A stretch of 20,000 bases of DNA, taken from the NCBI RefSeq assembly GCF_008000775.2, contig NZ_CP042905.2:2816998-2836997 (forward strand), in the 5' to 3' direction. Shown here piece by piece: positions 14,396 through 20,000 of the stretch; position 1 is the first letter of the stretch, and every line of letters starts with the position of its first letter. A model generated the notes under the pieces. It was not told where the DNA came from. It searched no databases and saw only the letters and a program-made list of their open reading frames with translations. The position numbers were made by a program, and so were the translations under genes. This DNA comes from Promethearchaeum syntrophicum (lineage in GTDB: Archaea > Asgardarchaeota > Lokiarchaeia > Sigyniarchaeales > Promethearchaeaceae).

Positions 14396-15056
14396 AAGCA
14401 CTGCAAATCCTATTCCTCGAGATATTCTGATTTCTTTACTAAAACAATATTGGAGTAAAACATATATTCAAGATGCAACATTTTCTTTTTTACGCAACAT
14501 TTCTAATGACTTCATAGAAGATATTGAAAAAAAATCAAGTTCCAAAAAAGATAAACTTCTAATCGAGATGATTAAAGTCTTAAAAGGAGAACAGAGTCAT
14601 AAAGCGTTGGAAGCGTTAACAAATGCATTAATAAAGGTGGATAATTGGAAACCCAGTAAGGACCCAAATTCAAATACAGTTTTTGCTGAAGAGATTTTAC
14701 TATTAATAAAAGATTTAGATCAATCAGGAATTGATATTCTTCTTGACGCGCTAATAGATGATTCAGATTTTGACAATCGATTAACAAAAATTAATGAAAA
14801 CCCCAATAATTCGGATAGATTATTACTTGAGCGTTCTCTCTCTAATAAAGATCTTCTAAACTCATTTAAAGTGTTAAAAAATAGAAGATTAAAAGAAGAA
14901 ATTATCAAAAATGGTTATTACGCTCTTGATAAAATTACGGAACGTTTAAAATTTTATCAAACTGGTAGAGTTTATGAAAAATTAATCACGATTTATAAAT
15001 TACTGGAGGAGAAATATTCAATTCAAAAAAAAACGGGGTTTAGAATTTTATTATAG
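14376..15056 (+). CDS. Hypothetical all-helical protein, overlapping the upstream gene across an A13 tract
   Basis: 226-aa ORF in the +1 frame relative to 12752-14395, with a 20-nt overlap. HEAT-like helical segments (KALEALTNALIKV, GIDILLDALIDDSD). No recognisable catalytic motif. Confidence 0.55.
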   Translation: MQKKKNKSTANPIPRDILISLLKQYWSKTYIQDATFSFLRNISNDFIEDIEKKSSSKKDKLLIEMIKVLKGEQSHKALEALTNALIKVDNWKPSKDPNSNTVFAEEILLLIKDLDQSGIDILLDALIDDSDFDNRLTKINENPNNSDRLLLERSLSNKDLLNSFKVLKNRRLKEEIIKNGYYALDKITERLKFYQTGRVYEKLITIYKLLEEKYSIQKKTGFRILL

Positions 15057-15111
15057 AAGATTGTTATTTCAATTTTAGAATAAAAATATAAAATAAAAAA
15101 AATAAAAAGTA

Positions 15112-16347
15112 CTATTCTTTTATTCCTAAAACAAAATTTGCCAGATTTTTATGAGCATTTTCAATAGAAACTGTTCCTTTTGGAGGGTTTTTAAATCCGT
15201 AGGAAGATATTTCGTCAATGGCTCCTGAAGATCCTTGATGAAGTGCAATTTTGGTTGCTCGAATTACATCAGCCAAAATTGCTCCTCCATTTGGACCATC
15301 TTTAGTCTGAATTTTAAGATCTACTATAATTTCTGAACCCAAAAAACCATTACCAACTATCCATAGCATAGAATTTCTTGAATTTTTCATATGAGGAACA
15401 TAATCAGAAGTTCCTGCTACAATAGGCGCGTTTAGATTCAATGAGGATTTCACTGATTTACTTTTAATTTCGCGTTTAATTCCGCGAGATCGATGAATTG
15501 TATTTAAAGATTCGGCACCCCCACCGACATCAAGAGCATAGCTTTCCTTTATTTCCACGCCTTGATCTAGCATTTGCTTTAGAATTCTTTTATGAACAAT
15601 TGTTGCTCCAAATTGGTCTTGAAGATCATCACCTATTAAAGGTAAACCAGCATCATGGAATTTACGAGCATAATTTTTATCTACTGCAATTTTAGTAGGT
15701 GTTGCATTAATAAATGCACAACCTGCTTGAAGAGATTGTTCCGCATAGAATTTTACTGCTTCATCGGCACCCGAAGGTAATAAGCATAAAACAATTTCTG
15801 TTTCACTAAGTTTTAATTCATTTATAATATTAGCAGAACCTATTTCAGCAGGGGCAATAAGCTTACGGGTCTGATCTATTACTCCATCCAATATATTTCC
15901 CATTTGGATTTTTACATCTAATATAGGCACTTTAGCTACAATTTCAAGATCATTTTCATTAATTGCTTCACTTAAATCTTTTCCAACTTTTTTTATCGAT
16001 ATATCAAAAGCTGATACGATTTCAATATCAGAAATATGATAACCTGCAAATGTTGGATGAAGTAATCCAATATTATTACTGCGGGATTTATAATATTCAA
16101 TTCCTTGAATAAGCGATGAAGCCGCATTTCCAACACCCACTATAGCGACTTTTATTTTTTCTGGCATAATTTTCACTTTATTTCGTTTTTTTATTCGAGC
16201 TATTGTCATTCTACTGATTGAAAAGAATACCATTGTTTCATCATAGGTATGGGTTTCAAGATATCGGAGAACTTCATCGTCTCGAAATTTTTTAGCCACA
16301 TTATTTTTAAAAAGAGATAGAAAAAAAAGCTTATGTGTTACTGACAA
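15112..16347 (-). CDS. ino1: myo-Inositol-1-phosphate (inositol-3-phosphate) synthase, with an in-frame 60-aa N-terminal extension
   Basis: IKVAIVGVGNAASSLIQGIEYYK is the NAD-binding N-terminus of archaeal/actinobacterial-type MIPS. Further matches: LLPSGADEAVKFYAEQSLQAGCAFINATP, GDDLQDQFGATIVHK, and the SKSVKSSL..SDY region. The conserved core starts at the internal ATG at 16167 (MPEKIKVAIVG), which is an alternative start. Confidence 0.9.
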   Translation of the reverse strand: MSVTHKLFFLSLFKNNVAKKFRDDEVLRYLETHTYDETMVFFSISRMTIARIKKRNKVKIMPEKIKVAIVGVGNAASSLIQGIEYYKSRSNNIGLLHPTFAGYHISDIEIVSAFDISIKKVGKDLSEAINENDLEIVAKVPILDVKIQMGNILDGVIDQTRKLIAPAEIGSANIINELKLSETEIVLCLLPSGADEAVKFYAEQSLQAGCAFINATPTKIAVDKNYARKFHDAGLPLIGDDLQDQFGATIVHKRILKQMLDQGVEIKESYALDVGGGAESLNTIHRSRGIKREIKSKSVKSSLNLNAPIVAGTSDYVPHMKNSRNSMLWIVGNGFLGSEIIVDLKIQTKDGPNGGAILADVIRATKIALHQGSSGAIDEISSYGFKNPPKGTVSIENAHKNLANFVLGIKE

Positions 16348-17345
16348 AAAAAAAAGTTACTATTTCTTCATTAGCTGTTACAATTATCAACAAACCTTTT
16401 ATGCTTCAAATTAAAAAAAAAAATATGTCTAATGTGAAAAAAAAAACCCCCCATACCATAAAGACGAAAACTTCAAAGAAAACTTCTTCAAATACCAAAA
16501 ATATTAAGGGAAAAAAAACATCAAAAAAATCAACTAAGAAGAAATCAATCCAATCAAAAAAACCAGCGAAGAAAATGGAAAAATTTATCGAAAATAATCG
16601 GGAAACTTCGAAAAAATTAAAAAGTGAGACAATTTTAAACTCTCAAGTTCAAATTTCAAAAAAAACTCATAGGAAAACTAAAGGACCTAATACCGATAAA
16701 CTTAAGACTGAAAATAGGGAAGACTTAGTTGCAAGGCATTTACTTAGATTATATCAATTTATCAAAGAAAATGATCCAATTAATGAACAAGAATTACTCG
16801 AAGAAATGGATAAAGGTACCCCCAACGAAGAATTAAGGCTCAAAATTACCCAATTAGAACTTGAAATTGAATCCATTTATGAAGAAAATCATGCTTTACG
16901 ACAAAATGCACTTCAAACACAAATTGAAGCAGAAGATCAAATAGAATCTACTGAATTTGAAAATCGTGAATTAAAAGAAAAAGTGAGAGAGATCAATGAT
17001 TATGTCAAAGCAGAATTAGAAAAAAGAGCTAAAAGATTTGAAATTATAATTGAAGATTTACGAGCCAGATTGCGGGGGGCCTTAGAAAAAAATGAAAAAA
17101 TTACTGAAGTAAGTGAGAAAATTGAATATATGCAACAACAAGTAACTTCCCTTTTTGATCAAAATGACACATTAACGAACAAAAACAACAAATTGGAACA
17201 AAAATTGGGAAATTTAAATGAAAAATTTGAAGATTCGCAACAAAATAACCTGAGATTGGAATCTAAGAATAAAGAACTCCATAAGAAGGTTGAACTTCAA
17301 AAATTAGTTATAGATGGTTATAAACGAAAAGAAATGAAACATTAA
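16335..17345 (+). CDS. Polybasic-tail plus long coiled-coil protein (hypothetical)
   Basis: The N-terminal ~90 aa are extremely K/S/T-rich (KKKTPHTIKTKTSKKTSSNTKNIKGKKTSKKSTKKKSIQSKKPAKK). Heptad-rich E/K/L/Q sequence follows to the C-terminus. The GTG start overlaps the MIPS ORF on the other strand, so ATG at 16401 or 16425 is the more likely start. Confidence 0.6.
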   Translation: MLLTKKKVTISSLAVTIINKPFMLQIKKKNMSNVKKKTPHTIKTKTSKKTSSNTKNIKGKKTSKKSTKKKSIQSKKPAKKMEKFIENNRETSKKLKSETILNSQVQISKKTHRKTKGPNTDKLKTENREDLVARHLLRLYQFIKENDPINEQELLEEMDKGTPNEELRLKITQLELEIESIYEENHALRQNALQTQIEAEDQIESTEFENRELKEKVREINDYVKAELEKRAKRFEIIIEDLRARLRGALEKNEKITEVSEKIEYMQQQVTSLFDQNDTLTNKNNKLEQKLGNLNEKFEDSQQNNLRLESKNKELHKKVELQKLVIDGYKRKEMKH

Positions 17346-17360
17346 AAAATAAAATTCCCT

Positions 17361-17936
17361 CTAATCAAATTTTTTTTTCCATTCTTTTATCTTCTTAAGC
17401 AAATCTAGAATGAATTCTTCTTTCTCCTTCTCCGAAAATTCAGAATCCGGCTTAATTTTTCGCTCAAATGATCCTAACTCAAATAAAATTTTATGCCCAC
17501 CTGTCAAAACAAATAAATCTTCTTTGGCTTCTTTAATAACTTGACTTAATTCATGTAATGAAAGATTTTTTTTACTTATCTTCTCTTGACATAATTCTAA
17601 GATTTGCTGTGGATTTTCAAAAGTTTTCTTGTTTGACATTGTTAATATGCCTTTTGAAGATAATTCTTCCAATTTGGAAGTCAGAATGTTTCCCATTGAC
17701 TTTACTTGTCCCATTTCAGCAAGAATTTCAGATTTAAACTTGTTTTCTTCTTGTAACTGATTTTTAAGGCTTTTAATGTTGATAATTTCTTTTTCAACCT
17801 TATCAATTTTCTCAGTTAAGATATTTAATGTATGTTTCATTTCACCAATTGATTGGATCAATTCTAACCCAAATTTCTGCAGAATATTCCCAAAACTATC
17901 AATTTTCTCTTCAAAAGTTTTTTGATTTTCTCCCAT
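17361..17936 (-). CDS. Coiled-coil protein (hypothetical), divergent from the longin-GTPase gene
   Basis: 191-aa ORF. The N-terminal ~100 aa are heptad-like (LNILTEKIDKVEKEIINIKSLKNQLQEENKFKSEILAEM). No TM segment. A 65-bp divergent intergenic region separates it from 18002. Confidence 0.55.
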   Translation of the reverse strand: MGENQKTFEEKIDSFGNILQKFGLELIQSIGEMKHTLNILTEKIDKVEKEIINIKSLKNQLQEENKFKSEILAEMGQVKSMGNILTSKLEELSSKGILTMSNKKTFENPQQILELCQEKISKKNLSLHELSQVIKEAKEDLFVLTGGHKILFELGSFERKIKPDSEFSEKEKEEFILDLLKKIKEWKKKFD

Positions 17937-18001
17937 ATTTTCATCAATTCCCTACATGATAGAATTATTTTATTACCATTAAATCATTTTTAAAATTATT
18001 A

Positions 18002-18871
18002 ATGATCAAACATGTGAACATCCTAACCCTTGATGGTAAATCCCTTCTTTTTCGTGAATACGGCGCAACTAAAGTTGATCAAGATTTATTGGCAGGATTC
18101 ATGAGTGCATTTAGTGGATTTATGAAAGAAATCTCCCGATCTGAAATAAAATCAACAGTTACAGGTAATTCAAAATTTATTTATAGCTTTACAGATCAGA
18201 TAATGATAGTAATTTGTACAGATATTAAAGATAATGAAGAGGAGATATATCCAATTCTTGAGACAATTTTCTCCCAATTTTTAGAAAAATACAGTGATCT
18301 CTTTAAAAATAATAAATGGGATGGTGAACGGACCATTTTCAAAGAATTCAAAGAGAATGTTGATAAAATCGTGTTAGGACCAATAAAAGTTTCAATTTTA
18401 GGATACGGTGGTGTTGGAAAAACCACTTTAACCAAACTAATTATCGGGGAAGAAATAAATTTAGAATATGTACCAACAATTACTGCAGATATTGCTACTT
18501 TTGATAAAATGGGAAAACGCAGTATTGTGTTATGGGATTTTGCGGGCCAAATCCAGTTTACCGATTTATGGGACTCACTTTTAAAAGAAACCAGAATAGT
18601 TTTGTTGGTAACAGATTCATCGTATAAAAACGTTCAAGATACCAAAAAAATCATGGAGAAATTTATTGAAAAGGATTCCAATATGTTAATAATTGGAATA
18701 GCAAATAAACAAGATTTACAAAACAAATTATCAACGAAATTCGTTGAAAAGATTTTGAATGTTCCAACGTTCGGCATGATCGCGATAAATCCGAACTATA
18801 GGATAATGATTCACGAAATTTTGAACGAATTCATTGAGAAGATTAATAAAATTGATGGATTCATTGATTAA
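18002..18871 (+). CDS. Fusion of an N-terminal longin/roadblock-like domain and a Ras-superfamily small GTPase
   Basis: Residues 1 to ~125: HVNILTLDGKSLLFREYG....LLAGFMSAFSGFMKEISRSEIKSTVTGNSKFIYSFTDQIMIVICTD, a beta-beta-alpha-beta-beta-beta pattern typical of the longin/roadblock (SNARE-like) fold. Residues ~129-289 carry G1 GYGGVGKTT, switch I VPTITADI, G3 WDFAGQ and G4 NKQD. Confidence 0.8.
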   Translation: MIKHVNILTLDGKSLLFREYGATKVDQDLLAGFMSAFSGFMKEISRSEIKSTVTGNSKFIYSFTDQIMIVICTDIKDNEEEIYPILETIFSQFLEKYSDLFKNNKWDGERTIFKEFKENVDKIVLGPIKVSILGYGGVGKTTLTKLIIGEEINLEYVPTITADIATFDKMGKRSIVLWDFAGQIQFTDLWDSLLKETRIVLLVTDSSYKNVQDTKKIMEKFIEKDSNMLIIGIANKQDLQNKLSTKFVEKILNVPTFGMIAINPNYRIMIHEILNEFIEKINKIDGFID

Positions 18872-18901
18872 ACTTAGAATACACAACAATAGTGAATAAA
18901 T

Positions 18902-20000
18902 ATGAAAATTAACTCCCGAATCGAGCTTTTGAATTTAGAATCGAGGAATGGAAAAGAAAAAATTTCATTTCCACCCTTATCAGATGAAGAAATAGAGATT
19001 ATAAACCCGATTGTTCCTCCAACCTCAGGAATTAGAATGAAAATTTATGAAAAACAAAATAGTACTTACATAATGACCAAAAGGGCACAATACATGTTTC
19101 TCCGCGTGTTTAAAGCTGTTAGTGAAATAAGTAAAGAAGAAATAAATAAAAAAAATCCAGGGGTTCTTTTAGTTTCTGATGATCGCCCCTCAGCAAATTA
19201 TCTTATGGGATATTTTACCAAAATTTTATCTGCTGAAGGTTACCAGATTTACTATCAAAAACCTACAGGTTCAAAAGCAGAATCTGAAGCAAAAAATGCT
19301 CCGTTTTACAGTCGCATGAGTACACCTTATGGAAGTGCCAGTGTACTCTTATATGATGAAATCGACTTAGTAATTGTTCTTACAGCTAGTCATAATGATA
19401 TTCTTTGGAATGGTGTTAAATTCTACATTGAACGACCAATGCCAATTAGCGGGAGAATAATGAAGAAAATTTCTAAGAAAGCTCTTGAATTAAGGGAAAT
19501 TTCTATGGATTCTGAATTTTCAATAAAATCCATTGATGCAGATAAGAAAAATAATGATTATATAATGAATATTGTTCAAGATATTTTAGATCTCTCGATT
19601 TTAGAGGGCCGAAAAATTATTCTCTGGTCATATATGGGTACTGCACCCGAGATTCAAGCATTATTTAAGCATTTAGGTGTAAATATTATTCTTATTGATG
19701 AACAAATGGAACCTCCCAATCCAACAGTAAATATCAACCATGAAAAGATTGAAAAATTAATGAAAGAAAAAGATGTAAAAATCGCAATTCTTCTTGATTC
19801 AGATCGAGATAGACTTGTAATTATTCACCACAATAAAGGAACAGGAGAATTTAAAACGCTTTTACCTAATACACTCTATCCTGCAATGCACAATATTCTA
19901 ATAAACAAATTCAATCAAAAAATTATAAATGTGAGAACAATTCCAAGTGATCCTAGAAGTGACAAATACTCAAAATTAAATTTTATTACCGGTGTTGGCT
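18902..20000 (+). CDS. alpha-D-phosphohexomutase family protein (phosphoglucomutase/phosphomannomutase-like), 3'-partial
   Basis: Not in the ORF track because it runs off the window. I translated it by hand from ATG 18902 and the frame stays open to nt 20000. Phosphoserine loop TASHNDILWNGVKFY (consensus TASHNP..NG.K), metal-binding loop LLDSDRDRLVII (consensus D-x-D-x-DR), and GIRMKIYE near the N-terminus. Confidence 0.85.
   Translation, partial: MKINSRIELLNLESRNGKEKISFPPLSDEEIEIINPIVPPTSGIRMKIYEKQNSTYIMTKRAQYMFLRVFKAVSEISKEEINKKNPGVLLVSDDRPSANYLMGYFTKILSAEGYQIYYQKPTGSKAESEAKNAPFYSRMSTPYGSASVLLYDEIDLVIVLTASHNDILWNGVKFYIERPMPISGRIMKKISKKALELREISMDSEFSIKSIDADKKNNDYIMNIVQDILDLSILEGRKIILWSYMGTAPEIQALFKHLGVNIILIDEQMEPPNPTVNINHEKIEKLMKEKDVKIAILLDSDRDRLVIIHHNKGTGEFKTLLPNTLYPAMHNILINKFNQKIINVRTIPSDPRSDKYSKLNFITGVG

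Noticed and set aside
14376-15056. The 226-aa ORF downstream of the EAP30-like gene as a Vps25 (ESCRT-II) homologue
   Set aside because: The position is tempting, but the sequence looks all-helical (HEAT-like). It shows none of the tandem winged-helix pattern or N-terminal Pro-rich motifs I recall for Vps25. The ORF is left as hypothetical.
16335-16424. GTG start at 16335 for the polybasic coiled-coil protein
   Set aside because: The first 22-30 codons overlap the opposite-strand MIPS ORF and encode a nondescript hydrophobic stretch. ATG at 16401 or 16425, directly before the K-rich tail, is more plausible. The full ORF coordinates are still reported because the start cannot be decided from sequence alone.
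17361-17936. The 191-aa coiled-coil protein as a SNARE-like protein
   Set aside because: There is no C-terminal TM anchor and no identifiable single 53-aa heptad SNARE motif with a central Q/R layer. Only generic coiled-coil character is visible.
1-20000. Mobile element, prophage or defence island
   Set aside because: I recognised no integrase, transposase, recombinase, capsid or terminase, restriction-modification, toxin-antitoxin or cas-like motifs in any frame. The only duplication is the local regulator-gene relic at 5551-6050.

Overview
AT-rich, gene-dense archaeal chromosomal segment. The gene content points to an Asgard (Lokiarchaeia-like) genome: two eukaryote-like small GTPases (one Rab-like, one fused to a longin/roadblock-like domain), a membrane-anchored protein with two EAP30 (ESCRT-II Vps22/36)-like modules, several coiled-coil proteins, an archaeal-type 5S rRNA with a TATA-box promoter, and archaeal-type inositol-3-phosphate synthase. 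Housekeeping and metabolic genes are an MFS transporter, an HdrD/GlpC-like Fe-S protein, an OsmC-like protein, an alkyltransferase-like (ATL) protein, an acyl-CoA dehydrogenase, a tryptophanase-family lyase and a phosphohexomutase that runs off the 3' edge. I saw no transposase, integrase, CRISPR array or recognisable defence genes. The most unusual locus is 5.5-8.1 kb. It holds a secreted protein made of five near-identical KDDGGGGVPN units (48-bp DNA period) and a 36-aa ORF absent from the supplied track (which lists nothing under 60 aa), with a signal peptide and the same DGGGGV motif. Between them lies a tandem Lrp/AsnC-like regulator, and a decayed partial duplicate of that regulator sits next to it. 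The second most unusual locus is 12.7-15.1 kb, where the double EAP30-like protein is joined to the next ORF across an A13 tract. All functional calls come from motif recognition by eye. No database search was run.
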